This document shows positions 48,047 to 60,784 of a stretch of DNA of 64,000 nucleotides, piece by piece. The position numbers and the translations under genes are program-made. Below the pieces are notes generated by a model. The model was not told where the DNA came from, did no database searches, and saw only the letters and a program-made list of their open reading frames with translations. The stretch's first letter is position 1, and every line of letters begins with the position of its first letter. Source of the stretch: an uncultured Chloroflexia bacterium (GTDB taxonomy: Bacteria > Chloroflexota > Limnocylindria > Limnocylindrales > CSP1-4); assembly GCA_963712745.1 (NCBI GenBank), contig CAVQJC010000010.1:64001-128000 (forward strand). Direction: 5' to 3'.

Positions 48047-49381
48047 CTACTGCTGCACCTCCGCGGTCTCCGTCTGCGCCGCTGCCGCTTCGTCGGCCCC
48101 GGCAGGCTCCTCGGTCTCGGTGGCCTCACCGGTGTCCTCGGTCTCGGTGGCCCCGGCAGGCTCCTCGGCCGGGCTGGGCTCCGGCGTCTCCGTGGCAGGC
48201 TCCTCGGCCTGAGCCTCGTCGGCCTGGGTCTCGTCAGCTGCGTCAGCCGTGGCCGGGCCGGCCGCAGCTGCCCCCGACTCCTCGATGTCCGGCTCTCCGG
48301 GCTCGGCCACCGCTTCGGGCAAGGCCACGCCACCGCCGTTCTCCGGGGTAGTCCCCGACTCGGAGCGGATGTCGATGCGCCAACCGGTCAGCTTGGCGGC
48401 CAGCCGGGCATTCTGGCCCTCCCGGCCGATAGCCAGCGAGAGCATGCGCTCCGGCACGGTCACCGAGGCGATACGTTCATCCTCGTCGATCTCGACGCCC
48501 ACGACCTGGGCCGGGCTGAGCGCGTTGGCCACGAAGACGTCGGCATCGTCAGACCAGGGGATGACGTCGATCTTCTCGCCGCCCAGCTCGGCGACGACGG
48601 CCTGCACCCGGCCGCCGCGCTGGCCGACCGTGGCCCCGACCGGGTCAAGGCCCTCCTGGCGGCTGGCTACGGCCATCTTGCTGCGGCTGCCGGCCTCGCG
48701 CGCGATGGCGCGGATCTCGACCGTGCCGGCCTGGATCTCCGGCACCTCTAGCTCGAAGAGCCGGCGCAGGAAGTTCTTGTGGGTGCGGCTCACGTAGATG
48801 AGCGGCCCGCGGGTGGTCCGGCGGACCTCCAGCACATAGGCCTTGACGTGCTGGCCGATGCGGTAGTGCTCGGTGGCCGACTGGTCGGTGGTGCGCAGGA
48901 TGGCTTCAGCCTTGCCCAGGTCGAGGATCACCCCCGACGGCTCGACGCGTCCCACCGAACCGGTGATGATCTCGCCCTCGCGGTGGGCGAACTCGTCGAA
49001 GAGGGTCTCACGCTCGGCTTCGCGCAGGCGCTGCCGCACGACCTGCCCGGCGACCTGAGCGCCGACTCGGCCGAAGTGGGTGGGCTCCAGCTGCTCATAC
49101 TCGACGAGGTCGCCGAGAACGGCCTTGGGATCGTGCTCCTGGGCCTCGGCGATGGACCACTCGATGGTCTCATCCTCGACCTCTGAGACGACCAGGCGAG
49201 CGCGGTAGATGCGCATCTCGCCGCTTTCGGCATCGAGGCTGACGTAGACGTCCTCGTAGCCCGGCGCCACCCGGCGGTAGGCGCTCTGGATGGCGTCCTC
49301 GACCGTACGGATGAGCTGCTCGCGAGGGACGCCCTTCTCAGCATTGAGCTGCAGGAGCGCGCCGATGAAGTCCCGGCTCAT
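48047..49381 (-). CDS. nusA: Transcription factor NusA with an acidic tail
   Basis: FGRVGAQ, AREAGSRSK, GEKIDVI, LSLAIGREGQNARLAAKLTG. Confidence 0.97.
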   Translation of the reverse strand: MSRDFIGALLQLNAEKGVPREQLIRTVEDAIQSAYRRVAPGYEDVYVSLDAESGEMRIYRARLVVSEVEDETIEWSIAEAQEHDPKAVLGDLVEYEQLEPTHFGRVGAQVAGQVVRQRLREAERETLFDEFAHREGEIITGSVGRVEPSGVILDLGKAEAILRTTDQSATEHYRIGQHVKAYVLEVRRTTRGPLIYVSRTHKNFLRRLFELEVPEIQAGTVEIRAIAREAGSRSKMAVASRQEGLDPVGATVGQRGGRVQAVVAELGGEKIDVIPWSDDADVFVANALSPAQVVGVEIDEDERIASVTVPERMLSLAIGREGQNARLAAKLTGWRIDIRSESGTTPENGGGVALPEAVAEPGEPDIEESGAAAAGPATADAADETQADEAQAEEPATETPEPSPAEEPAGATETEDTGEATETEEPAGADEAAAAQTETAEVQQ

Positions 49382-49422
49382 TCGTCGCCCTCCTTTCAGT
49401 TGGTTCGCTCAACCGCCGTTCA

Positions 49423-49450
49423 CAACAAAACGTGGGGGTCACCCACGTTC
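49423..49450 (-). terminator. Attenuator-like hairpin in the nusA operon leader
   Basis: On the - strand AACGTGGG-TGACC-CCCACGTT followed by TTGTTG; lies downstream of an extended -10 (TGaTATACT, 49476-49484). Confidence 0.7.
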
Positions 49451-49481
49451 AAGGCGGCCTGGCGGACAGACCGAGAGTATA

Positions 49482-50183
49482 TCACCCCATCGTCTGCTTT
49501 CCCTCGGTACCGGTCTCGAAGTCGTAGCCATGCTGTTCCAGTTCTCGAGCATACGCTCGAGCCACGATCTCGCGCGAACGTGACGTGTAGATGGTCCGAT
49601 AGTCGCGGTCGCGTCGCGAGGTCGTGGGATTGCGGTGCGGCAGCGGATGCGGCTCGCTCACCCCGACCCTGCGCAGGGCTTCGTCGAGCCCGAGCTGCAT
49701 GGCCTCGAAACGGATGACGTGGTCGGCTCCGGCGGTCCAGTCGAGAGGAACCATCGGCCGGCGTCCGAGGAGCCGGTAGAAGCGGTTCGGCGTGTAACGC
49801 CGGACGACGAAACGCTCGAAGTCAGGTGCGGAGAAGTCGCCGCTGATGCCGGGCAGGCGTCGGATGAAGCGCTGTGAAGCGGAGACCGTGCCCGCCTCGC
49901 GGTTGCGCGCGTACTCGGTCAGGACCAGGTCGAACGGGTTGCGTACGCCGACCACGACGAGCAGGCCTTCGCGCTCCGCCGGCGTGATAAGCCCGGCCTC
50001 GAGCAGCTGGGCCATTGTCTGGTGCTTCTGGCGCAGGACGATGCGACCGCGCGCATCGCGGACTCGATCCTCGAGCAGCTTGACGCCGCCGAATTCCTCG
50101 CGCAAGAGCGTGCCCAGGGAGGTCGACCCGGTATGCGGGGCCTGAAGGAAAAGCAGGCCGATGTCACGACAGAGGATGGCCAC
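49482..50183 (-). CDS. Sulfotransferase-family-like protein
   Basis: FLQAPHTGSTSL (5'-PSB-like), VVGVRNPFD (3'-PB-like), DHVIRFE, LPHRN. Confidence 0.7.
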   Translation of the reverse strand: MAILCRDIGLLFLQAPHTGSTSLGTLLREEFGGVKLLEDRVRDARGRIVLRQKHQTMAQLLEAGLITPAEREGLLVVVGVRNPFDLVLTEYARNREAGTVSASQRFIRRLPGISGDFSAPDFERFVVRRYTPNRFYRLLGRRPMVPLDWTAGADHVIRFEAMQLGLDEALRRVGVSEPHPLPHRNPTTSRRDRDYRTIYTSRSREIVARAYARELEQHGYDFETGTEGKQTMG

Positions 50184-50210
50184 GACCGATCGCGCTCCGG
50201 CGCCCCTGGG

Positions 50211-51671
50211 TCAGTAGGCGCGGGCGAAGAGCACGCGGCGCTCGCTGGGTTCGCCGTCCACGACGCACGTGCCGGGCTCGTCGGGCGAGTCGAACGGGAT
50301 GACCCGGATGGTTGCGCCATTCTCGTTGGAGACCGCCTTCTCGCACGCGGCCGAGCCGCACCACGGCGCGAGCAGGAAGCCACCGGATGCGTCAAGCACT
50401 TCGGTCATCTCGCCGAGCGTGTCCACCGAATGGGTATTCTCCACCTGGAAGTCCCTGGCCCGCTCGAAGACCTCTGCCTGGTAGGCCGCGAGCCGCCTGG
50501 GCAGCTCGTCTGCCAGAGCAGACAGCGGCACGGAGTCCTTGGCCCGGTCGAGGCGGCGGACGAGCATGGCGGACTCGTTGGCTACGTCGCGCGGTCCGAT
50601 CTCGAGACGGAAGGGCACGCCCCGCAGCTCCCAGTGGTTGTACTTGAAGCCAGGCGTCTCCTCGCGCCAGTCGACCTTCAGGCGCAGCGGGCCTGAGACC
50701 GTCGCTACCTCTGCGAGCGAGGCCTGTAGTCGCTCGATGGCGACCGCCACCGCCACACGGTCATCCTCGCTGCGGAAGATGGGTACGACGACGACCTGGG
50801 TGGGCGCCACGTTGGACGGCAAGACCAGGCCCGAGTCGTCGCCGTGGGCCATGATCGTGGCTCCGACCATGCGCGTGGAGAAGCCCCACGAGGTGCCGTA
50901 GGGATGGACCCGCTCGTTCTTCTGGTCAAGGAAGGTGATGCCGGCTGCCTTGGCGAAGTTCTGGCCGAGCATGTGGCTGGTGCCGGCCTGCAGCGCCTTC
51001 TTGTCACGCATCATGGCCTCGACCGCATGCGTGTAGTCGGCCCCGGGGAACGTCTCGGCCGGGCTCTTGCGACCCTGGATGACCGGGATCGCCAGCCACT
51101 CCTCGGAGACCTTGACATAGCCGGCCAGACCGGTGGCCACTTCCTCGGCCGCCTCCTCCTCCGTGGCGTGGAAGGTGTGAGCCTCCTGCCACAGGAACTC
51201 GGCGGTGCGCAGGAACAGGCGCGTGCGCATCTCCCAGCGCACGACGTTGTTCCAGGAGTTCATCAACAGCGGCAGGTCCCGGTAGGACTGGATCCAGTCT
51301 TTCACGACCTCGGCGATGATGGCTTCGCTGGTGGGCCGGATGGCCAGGGGTTCCTCGAGCTCGTTGCCGCCCGCACGGGTGACCCAGGCGACCTGCGGGT
51401 CAAAGCCCTCGACGTGGTCGGCCTCGCGGTCGAGCAGCGACTTGGGCACGAAGAGCGGGAAATAGACGTTGTCGTGCCCGGTGGCCTTGATGTAGCGGTC
51501 CAGCTCGTCGCGCATCGACTCCCAGATGGCGAAACCGTAGGGACGGATGATCATGCAGCCCCGCACCGGCGAGTAGCTGGCCAGCTGCGCCTTCAGGACG
51601 ACGTCGTTGTACCAGCCGGGGAAATCCACCGACTGAGCGGTCAGCTCACTGACGAAACCGGACTTGGACAC
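50211..51671 (-). CDS. proS: Proline--tRNA ligase (archaeal/eukaryote-like type, no editing insertion)
   Basis: RPTSE, VVRWE..TRLFLRT.EFLWQE, SWGFSTR, C-terminal FARAY. Confidence 0.96.
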   Translation of the reverse strand: MSKSGFVSELTAQSVDFPGWYNDVVLKAQLASYSPVRGCMIIRPYGFAIWESMRDELDRYIKATGHDNVYFPLFVPKSLLDREADHVEGFDPQVAWVTRAGGNELEEPLAIRPTSEAIIAEVVKDWIQSYRDLPLLMNSWNNVVRWEMRTRLFLRTAEFLWQEAHTFHATEEEAAEEVATGLAGYVKVSEEWLAIPVIQGRKSPAETFPGADYTHAVEAMMRDKKALQAGTSHMLGQNFAKAAGITFLDQKNERVHPYGTSWGFSTRMVGATIMAHGDDSGLVLPSNVAPTQVVVVPIFRSEDDRVAVAVAIERLQASLAEVATVSGPLRLKVDWREETPGFKYNHWELRGVPFRLEIGPRDVANESAMLVRRLDRAKDSVPLSALADELPRRLAAYQAEVFERARDFQVENTHSVDTLGEMTEVLDASGGFLLAPWCGSAACEKAVSNENGATIRVIPFDSPDEPGTCVVDGEPSERRVLFARAY

Positions 51672-51737
51672 AGGGCCTCCTGGTGGGTCGATGGTGCGGG
51701 CGTTGGAGAATCGTAGCGCAGCGGCCCGGCCGCGGCG

Positions 51738-52970
51738 CTACCCGACCGGCGCGCCGTAGCGGCGATCGACGTAGTCCTCGAGGATGCCGATGAACTCGTC
51801 GACCAGGCCATCACCACGGAGCGTCTCGCGGAGCGCGCCGTCGATGAAGACGGGCGCCTTGGGCTCTTCGAACGTGCCTGGCAGGCTGATGCCGATGTCG
51901 GCGTGCTTCGACTCGCCGGGCCCGTTGACCACGCAGCCCATGACCGCCACCGACATGTCCTCCACACCGGGATAGCGCTCGGACCAGGCGGGCATGCGTT
52001 CGGCGATATGAGCCTCGATCGACTGGGCCATCTCCTGGAAGAACGTGCTCGTGGTTCGGCCGCAGCCCGGACAGGCCGAGACTTGCGGGCGGAACGAGCG
52101 CATTCCCAGCGACTGCAGCACCTGCATCGCGACCCGCACCTCCTCGGTGCGATCGCCTCCGGGCTGGGGCGTGAGCGAGACGCGGATGGTGTCGCCGATG
52201 CCCTCGTCGAGCAGGATGGCCAGGCCGGCCGTCGAGGCCACCGTGCCCTTCATGCCCATGCCCGCCTCCGTCAGACCCAGGTGCAACGGGTAGTCACAGC
52301 GGCGGGCCAGCTCGCGGTAGACGTCAACGAGGTCGCGCACGCCGCTGACCTTGGCGCTGATGATGATGCGATCGTGTGCCAGAGCGGTGGCTTCCGCCAG
52401 CTCGGCCGAGCGCAGGGCCGACTGCAGCATGGCCTCGATCATCACCTCGCGCGCCTCCAGCGGCGCGGCGGTGCGGGCGTTGGCGTCCATCAGCTCCGTC
52501 AACAGGTCGGCGTCGAGCGAGCCCCAGTTGACACCGATGCGGACCGGCCGGTCCTGATCGACCGCGACCCGCACGATGGTGGCGAAGTTCTCGTCGCGAC
52601 GCTTGGAGCCGACGTTGCCGGGGTTGATGCGGTACTTGGCCAGGGCCCCCGCCATCTCGGGGTGCTCGACGAGCAGCTGGTGGCCGTTGTAGTGGAAGTC
52701 GCCGATGAGCGGCACGCCGATGCCGAGATCGTCGAGCTTGCGGCGGATGACCGGCACGGCCTGTGCGGCCGCGTCGTTGTTGACGGTGATGCGCACGAGC
52801 TCGGAGCCTGCGTGCGCCAGGGCCGCCACCTGCAGCGCCGTGGCATCGGCGTCGGCGGTATCGGTATTGGTCATCGACTGCACCACCACCGGCTCGCCGG
52901 AACCGATGCCGACGCCGCCGACATCGACCCGGATCGTCTGACGCCGCTGCGGCCGGGCGTCAGGGCTCAT
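51738..52970 (-). CDS. ispG: HMBPP synthase IspG
   Basis: [46 protein letters not shown]. Confidence 0.97.
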   Translation of the reverse strand: MSPDARPQRRQTIRVDVGGVGIGSGEPVVVQSMTNTDTADADATALQVAALAHAGSELVRITVNNDAAAQAVPVIRRKLDDLGIGVPLIGDFHYNGHQLLVEHPEMAGALAKYRINPGNVGSKRRDENFATIVRVAVDQDRPVRIGVNWGSLDADLLTELMDANARTAAPLEAREVMIEAMLQSALRSAELAEATALAHDRIIISAKVSGVRDLVDVYRELARRCDYPLHLGLTEAGMGMKGTVASTAGLAILLDEGIGDTIRVSLTPQPGGDRTEEVRVAMQVLQSLGMRSFRPQVSACPGCGRTTSTFFQEMAQSIEAHIAERMPAWSERYPGVEDMSVAVMGCVVNGPGESKHADIGISLPGTFEEPKAPVFIDGALRETLRGDGLVDEFIGILEDYVDRRYGAPVG

Positions 52971-54236
52971 GCCAGCATCCGTTGGATATCGGAGAACGTG
53001 ACCACCACCAGGAAGACCATCAGGGCTACCCAGCCGGTGAAGTAGACCAGGCGCTCGGTGGCCGGGCTGACGCGGTTGCCGCTGGCCGCCTGCACCACGC
53101 CCATGACCATGCGGCTGCCATCCAGTGGCGGGATGGGCAGCGCGTTGATGACCGCCAGGTTGGCCGAGAGCAGACCCACGAACCAGAGCAGGAAGACCGG
53201 CGGCAGAGAAGTGCGCACGTTGCCGACGACGTCAACGATGCCCACAGGGCCGGCCACATCATCGAGGCCGTCACCGGAGCCGCTGAGCAGCGAGACGAAG
53301 ATGTTGCCGACCGCGCGCAGGATGAGCGTGGAGGTCTCGACGGTCATGCGCACGCCGATGGCCGCCGCATCGAGGAACCCGTTCTGCTGCTCACCGAAGT
53401 CGGCCGGGCCCTGGCGGAAGCCGAGCGCACCCAATCCGGCCTCGATCTCTTCGGCCGAGCGCAGGGTGGCCTCGATCTCATCCACGCTGCCGTCGGCGCG
53501 CTCGATGGTGAGAGCGACGGTCTCGCCCGGCCGGTCGGCCAGGTACTGGATGGGCGTGATGCGGCCGCTGGCGGCCGCATCGGTGCGGGCAAGGTCGTCG
53601 AACACGGGGAAGGTCTGGCCGTCGATGGCCACGATGAGGTCGCCGCTCCGGTCGTACACGGGATACGGGATCGACCTCGCCGGTGGGGTTCCCATCGTCG
53701 TCCAGCACGGTGAACAGGTCGTACTCGATGAGCTGGCCGCCGACGAGGCCAGCCGCGGACGCCGGCGAGTCGGGCATGACCTCGGCCATGCGCACCTTCC
53801 ATGTCGGCTCTGCCATGAAGGCGATCAAGGTGAAGATGATCCAGGCCAGGACGAAGTTCACGAGAACGCCCGCGACGAGGATGAGCAACCGCGTGATGAG
53901 CGGCTGGTTGGAGAACGCGCGCGGATCGAGCGACTCGACGTCGTCGGCCCGCTCGGGCTCGAGCGTCGCCTCCTCGTCGGCCTCGGGAGTGCCGTCGGCG
54001 GGGCTGACCTCCTCCCCTTCCATGCGCACGAAGCCGCCGATGGGCAGCCAGTTGAGCGTGTAGGTGGTGTCCCCGCGCTTGAAGAGAACGCGGGCCCGCG
54101 GCGGGAAGCCGATTCCGAACTCGTGGACCTTGACACCGGCCATGCGTGCCGCCACGAAGTGACCCAGCTCGTGGACCAGCACGAGGCCGGTCAGCAAGGT
54201 CAGCAGGATGACGATGTTGACGAGCATGTCGATCAT
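52967..54236 (-). CDS. rseP: M50 intramembrane metalloprotease RseP, split by a 1-bp insertion near 53675
   Basis: HELGH, LPIGGFV and AGVLVN in ORF 53478-54236; PDZ remainder and [10 protein letters not shown] in ORF 52967-53695. Confidence 0.9.
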
Positions 54237-55465
54237 GCCGCCGTCCCTTCGGGGGCCGAGCGCGCCCAGGCACGGACCTCGGCGTCGATGGCTTCGAGCT
54301 CTTCGAGCCCGGGAGCGTGGCGGACGCTGAAGCGCTCGACGGCGGTCTCCACCAGGCGGGCCATACCCGGGTAGCTGAGGCTGCCGCCGAGGAAGCGCTC
54401 GACCGCGACGTCATCGGCCGCGATGAGCGCGGCGGTCGCGCCAGGACCGGCCTTGCCCGCAGCGCGTGCGATGGGGACCGCCGGGAAGCGGGCTTCGTCG
54501 GGGGCGGCGAAGGTCATCAGGGGATGCTCCGTGAGATCGAGTCGTGGGGCCGGTCCGGCCGCACGCCGGGGGTAGGTGACGGCGTACTGGATGGGGATGC
54601 GCATGTCGGGCAGGCCCAACTGGGCCTTGAGCGAGCCATCGATGAACTCGACGAAGGAGTGGACCAGGCTCTGGGGGTGGATGATCACGTCGATGTCCTC
54701 GTAGGGCACATCGTATAGCCAGTGCGCCTCGATGACCTCCAGGCCCTTATTCATGAGCGTGGCCGAGTCGATGGTGATCTTGGCGCCCATGACCCAGTTG
54801 GGGTGCTTGAGCGCATCCTCTGGGCGCGCACCGGCCATGCGCTCGGTGCTCCAATCGCGGAACGGGCCGCCGGAAGCGGTGAGGATGAGCCGCGAGACGA
54901 CATCAAGCTCCTCGCCCACGAGGCACTGCCAGATGGCCGAATGCTCGGAGTCGATGGGCCGCAGCCAGGCCAGCGGCGAGGCCTTCGGGTCGGCCGGGTC
55001 ACGGCCCTCGGCTTCGGCTGCGCGGGCGCGGGCCAGGGGCATCACCAGGTGTCCAGCGGATACGAGCGTTTCCTTGTTGGCCGTGGCCACGACCTTGCCC
55101 GCCGCCAGCGCGGCCAGCACCGGACGCAGGCTGACGACACCGCCGGTGGCGATGATGACCAGGTCGACGTCATCTCTGACGGCCATCTGCGTGAGGGCGT
55201 CGTCCGCATCGAGTCGGGCGGTCCCGTCAGGCACATCCAGCCTCGCCGCAGCATCCGGGTCAGCCAGCGAGGCCACGCGTGGACGGAGCAGCGCGGCCTG
55301 TTCGGATAGCTTCGCCGCGTCTCGGCCGGCCGCCAGGGCCACCACGTCGAACGATCCCGCCTCCGCGGACGTCAGCACGTCCACGGTCTGGCGGCCGATG
55401 GAGCCGGTCGAACCCAGCAGAGCCACGCCCGTGCGCTCGTTCCGCTCCCCCGTTGGAGCGTCCAT
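54233..55465 (-). CDS. dxr: 1-deoxy-D-xylulose-5-phosphate reductoisomerase
   Basis: LGSTGSIG, ANKE, PIDSEH, TASGGPF, HPNWVMG.KITIDSATLMNKGLE. Confidence 0.97.
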   Translation of the reverse strand: MDAPTGERNERTGVALLGSTGSIGRQTVDVLTSAEAGSFDVVALAAGRDAAKLSEQAALLRPRVASLADPDAAARLDVPDGTARLDADDALTQMAVRDDVDLVIIATGGVVSLRPVLAALAAGKVVATANKETLVSAGHLVMPLARARAAEAEGRDPADPKASPLAWLRPIDSEHSAIWQCLVGEELDVVSRLILTASGGPFRDWSTERMAGARPEDALKHPNWVMGAKITIDSATLMNKGLEVIEAHWLYDVPYEDIDVIIHPQSLVHSFVEFIDGSLKAQLGLPDMRIPIQYAVTYPRRAAGPAPRLDLTEHPLMTFAAPDEARFPAVPIARAAGKAGPGATAALIAADDVAVERFLGGSLSYPGMARLVETAVERFSVRHAPGLEELEAIDAEVRAWARSAPEGTAA

Positions 55466-56295
55466 CACGAGCCGACGATGAGCAGGTAGGCGTAGACGAC
55501 CGGTGCGGCGAAGAGGAAGGAGTCGGTGCGGTCGAGGATACCGCCGTGCCCGGGGATGAGGTTGCCCGAATCCTTGGCCCCGGCCGTGCGCTTGAGCATC
55601 GACTCCGCCACGTCCCCGGACTGGCCGGCGATGGCCACCAGCAGGCCCATCAAGAGGCCGCCGACGAGCAGTTGTCCCGCGGCCGAGGCCAGCACGCCAC
55701 CGACGATGACGGCGGCTACCGTCCCGCCGATCACACCACTCCAGGTCTTGTTGGGCGAGATGTGGTTGAGGAATCGCCCCTTCTTGAAGGTGCGACCCGA
55801 GAGGTAGGCGAACGTGTCGAAGGACCAGACTGTCAGCACCAGCACCAGCAGCCAGGTCTGCCCGGCGCTGAAGTAGCCATGTAGCAGGGCGCCTTCGGGG
55901 ATGGCTGGAGCGGCCACCAGGATGGCCGCCATGAACGCCAGCAACGAGGCGTATACGGCCCCGAAGCTGCCGCCGACCCAGGCCAGGAAGCCGTCGCGGA
56001 CCTCCGGGCGACGGAAGGCATCCATGGCGAGGATGACCAGCACAGCGGCCATGTAGACCGCGACCCAGCCGGCGTCGACGACGTCGAGGCCCATGGCCAG
56101 CACCAGCATCGGAGGCAGGACCACGCCGGGCAGGAGTCGCACCGGAAAGCCCGCGGGGGGCAACAGGCGGAAGGCCTCCACTGCAGCGAGCAGGGAGAGC
56201 GCGGCGATGCCCAAGGTGAGCCACGGCTGGCCGGCCACGAAGAAGACGATGACGACGACGGCGATGACTGCCGCGGAGATGGCCCGCTCACGCAT
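55465..56295 (-). CDS. cdsA: Phosphatidate cytidylyltransferase
   Basis: DTFAY..G, ISPNKTW.G, GD..ES..KR...KDSG..IPGHGG.LDR.DS. Confidence 0.96.
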   Translation of the reverse strand: MRERAISAAVIAVVVIVFFVAGQPWLTLGIAALSLLAAVEAFRLLPPAGFPVRLLPGVVLPPMLVLAMGLDVVDAGWVAVYMAAVLVILAMDAFRRPEVRDGFLAWVGGSFGAVYASLLAFMAAILVAAPAIPEGALLHGYFSAGQTWLLVLVLTVWSFDTFAYLSGRTFKKGRFLNHISPNKTWSGVIGGTVAAVIVGGVLASAAGQLLVGGLLMGLLVAIAGQSGDVAESMLKRTAGAKDSGNLIPGHGGILDRTDSFLFAAPVVYAYLLIVGS

Positions 56296-56306
56296 GGGCT
56301 GAGGTC

Positions 56307-57050
56307 CTAGCGCCCGAAGCGGCGGGCACGGCTGGCGTACTCGGCCACCGCCGCGTCGAGCTCAGCCGGTCCGAAGTCGGGCCAGTAGCGGTCACAGAAG
56401 TAAAGCTCGGCGTAGGCCGCCTGCCACAGCAGGAAGTTGCTCACGCGCTGGTCGCCTCCGGTACGGACGAGCAGGTCCGGATCGGGCAGGCCGGCGGTGT
56501 AGAGGTAGTCGGAGAGGGCCTGCTCGTCGAGATCGGCAAGGTTGTTGCCATCATCGACGTAGGCCCGCACAGCATCGACGATCTCCGAGCGCGACGAGTA
56601 GTTGAAGGCCACGTTGAGGACCATGCGTTGCCCGCCGGCGGTGGCCAGGATGGCCTCCTCGATCGAGGCACGCGTGGCCGGGGGGAGCTCCTCCAGCCGG
56701 CCGGCCAGCCGGACCTGGACACCTTCCTCGATAAGCTTCGGAGTCTCGTCGCGGATGGCGGCCTCCAGCAGGCCGATGAGCGTCTCGATCTCGTGGTTGG
56801 AGCGCCGCCAGTTCTCGCGGCTGAAGGCGTAGATGGTGAGAGCCTCTATGCCCAGCGCGACAGCGTGCTCGACGATGGGCCGGATGGCCTCGACGCCGGC
56901 GGCGTGCCCCTGAGCCTCGGGCACACCGTGCTCGCGAGCCCAGCGGCGATTGCCGTCCATGATGATGGCGACGTGCCGGGGCACACGCCCACCCTGGGCC
57001 GGGCGGACGTTCGCTTCGTCCATGCGCTGCGTCACCGACGGTGCGGCCAC
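56307..57050 (-). CDS. uppS: Polyprenyl (undecaprenyl) diphosphate synthase
   Basis: HVAIIMDGNRRWA, FSRENWRR, RTGGDQRVSNFLLWQ. Confidence 0.96.
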   Translation of the reverse strand: MAAPSVTQRMDEANVRPAQGGRVPRHVAIIMDGNRRWAREHGVPEAQGHAAGVEAIRPIVEHAVALGIEALTIYAFSRENWRRSNHEIETLIGLLEAAIRDETPKLIEEGVQVRLAGRLEELPPATRASIEEAILATAGGQRMVLNVAFNYSSRSEIVDAVRAYVDDGNNLADLDEQALSDYLYTAGLPDPDLLVRTGGDQRVSNFLLWQAAYAELYFCDRYWPDFGPAELDAAVAEYASRARRFGR

Positions 57051-58974
<1,924 letters not shown>

Positions 58975-59003
58975 GCTCGTGGCTATCCCTTTCGTTGGTG
59001 CTG

Positions 59004-60074
59004 CTAGGAGGCCGCCTCGGCGGTAGCCTCCTCCTTCTCTTCGGTGTCATCGGCCGGGGTCGGCTCGGCGGCAGCCTCCGACACTGCGGCGACCGGAGCT
59101 TCGGCCGCGGGCTCCTGGGCCGCGGGCTCCTCTGCCGCGGGCTCCTCTGCCCTGGCCTCCTGAGCCGCGGGCTCCTCTGCCGCGGGCTCCTGGACCGCGG
59201 GCTCCTGGGCATCGGCAGCGGGGGCGGCCTCAGCGGTCTCTTCGCCCGGCAGGACGGCTTCGTCCTCGTCGGGCTCAGGTGCGAAGCTGTAGGTGCCACC
59301 TGCAGCGACCGCGGCGACCATCTCGTCGCTGGCGGTCTCAGCATCGCTGACCTCGGCGCCCAGCGGCGGCTCCTCGGCGGCACGAGCGGCGCGCTGGCCC
59401 ATGCCCTCGATGGCGGCATCGGCCACGAGCTTGCAGAGCAGTCGGATCGAGCGGATGGCGTCGTCGTTGGCGGGGATGATGAAGTCGATCAAGTCGGGGT
59501 CGACGTTGGTATCACCGGTGGCGATGACCGGGATCTCCAGGCGGCGCGCCTCGGTCACGGCGATCTTCTCGCGCACCGGGTCGACCACGAAGATGGCGCC
59601 CGGCAGGCGACGCATCTTGCGCACGCCGCCGAGCTTCAGCTGCAGACGAGCCATCTCGTCAGTGAGGCGCGAGGCCTCCTTCTTCGACAGCCGGTCGAGA
59701 TCGCCGCTGGTCTGGCGGGCCTCGAGCTGGTCAAGCAGGCCCACGCGCTTGCGGATGGTCACGAAGTTGGTGAGCATGCCGCCCAGCCAGCGGTGGTTGA
59801 CGTAGGGCATCTCGGACCGCGTAGCTTCGTCGCGGACCGGCTCCTGGGCCTGCTTCTTGGTGCCCACGAAGAGGATGTAGTCGCCGTTCGAGACGGTGTC
59901 GCTGACGAAGTCGAGCGCATTCTCGAGAAGCTTGGCGGTCTGGGCCAGGTCGATGATGTGGATGCCGTTGCGCTCCGCGAAGATGTACGGCTTCATCTTG
60001 GGATTCCAGCGGCGAGTCTGGTGCCCGAAGTGGACACCAGCTTCAAGCAGCTGGCGCATCGAGATGGACGGCAT
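59004..60074 (-). CDS. rpsB: 30S ribosomal protein S2 with a long acidic repeat tail
   Basis: AGVHFGH...[22 protein letters not shown]. Confidence 0.98.
   Translation of the reverse strand: MPSISMRQLLEAGVHFGHQTRRWNPKMKPYIFAERNGIHIIDLAQTAKLLENALDFVSDTVSNGDYILFVGTKKQAQEPVRDEATRSEMPYVNHRWLGGMLTNFVTIRKRVGLLDQLEARQTSGDLDRLSKKEASRLTDEMARLQLKLGGVRKMRRLPGAIFVVDPVREKIAVTEARRLEIPVIATGDTNVDPDLIDFIIPANDDAIRSIRLLCKLVADAAIEGMGQRAARAAEEPPLGAEVSDAETASDEMVAAVAAGGTYSFAPEPDEDEAVLPGEETAEAAPAADAQEPAVQEPAAEEPAAQEARAEEPAAEEPAAQEPAAEAPVAAVSEAAAEPTPADDTEEKEEATAEAAS
59100..59210. repeat. 15-bp coding tandem repeats (E/Q-E-P-A-A) in the rpsB tail
   Basis: GCCGCGGGCTCCT-containing units repeated about 6-7 times. Confidence 0.85.
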
Positions 60075-60094
60075 GGGGCGTGGACCTCCTGTAC

Positions 60095-60183
60095 GGTTCT
60101 GCCTCCGCGTGCCTCATAGTCCGCAGACCGTCGGCCATGATGGGCCGCACGGCACCCCTGCGGGGAGCGGTACGCGTGTGTGA
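60095..60183 (-). ncRNA. rpsB leader (t44 / S2 autoregulatory RNA)
   Basis: The - strand reads CACACACGC...GGGGTGCC...GGTC...ATGAGGCACGCGGAGGCAGAACC, matching the conserved S2 leader pattern; lies between TGaTATCCT and the rpsB RBS. Confidence 0.75.
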
Positions 60184-60295
60184 TACGCAGCGGATGCTGC
60201 GCTCCGGACTCGTCAGAGCGAGCCCGCGGGAGGATATCACGAAGGGGCCCGAACCCGTCCCCGATGCCCAAGTGACACCGGCGAGGCAGCCACGT

Positions 60296-60739
60296 TCAGG
60301 GCGGGACCAGACCGCACAGGTGAGACTCGACCGACCAGGCACCTCCGCTGGTTCGGCCGAGCGTGACCAGGTCCACACGCCATCGCGGAGCGCCGACCCG
60401 ATCGATATCGAGCGCACCATGGCCAGCACGACGCAGCCTCATGGTCGCGCGGTAGAGCCGGGCGACCTTGCGCGCATCGACCGATTCGACGGCCTGCCCG
60501 TAGCGGCGACCCGAGCGCGATCGAACCTCCACCACCACGACCGTCTCGCGGGGCCGCGGATCGAGGGCGATGATGTCGAGCTCGTCCTGGCCGACGCGGA
60601 TGTTGCGCGCGAGGATCGTCCAGCCCAGGCTTTGCAGGTAGGCAGCCGCGGCCGCTTCGGCGGCCGCCCCCACGGCCCCCCGCGGTCCGGCCGGCGGCTG
60701 CGCTGAGGGCGCGGGTCGTCCCCGTGGTGGTCGGGCCAT
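60296..60739 (-). CDS. yraN: YraN-family putative endonuclease
   Basis: G..AE..A..YL...G..ILARN, ELDII, VEVRSR, ESVD.RK; follows rnhB. Confidence 0.88.
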   Translation of the reverse strand: MARPPRGRPAPSAQPPAGPRGAVGAAAEAAAAAYLQSLGWTILARNIRVGQDELDIIALDPRPRETVVVVEVRSRSGRRYGQAVESVDARKVARLYRATMRLRRAGHGALDIDRVGAPRWRVDLVTLGRTSGGAWSVESHLCGLVPP

Positions 60740-60784
60740 GGGGTGATGGTGAGACCGGGCCCATGGCGGCTGCTTACCTCTTGC

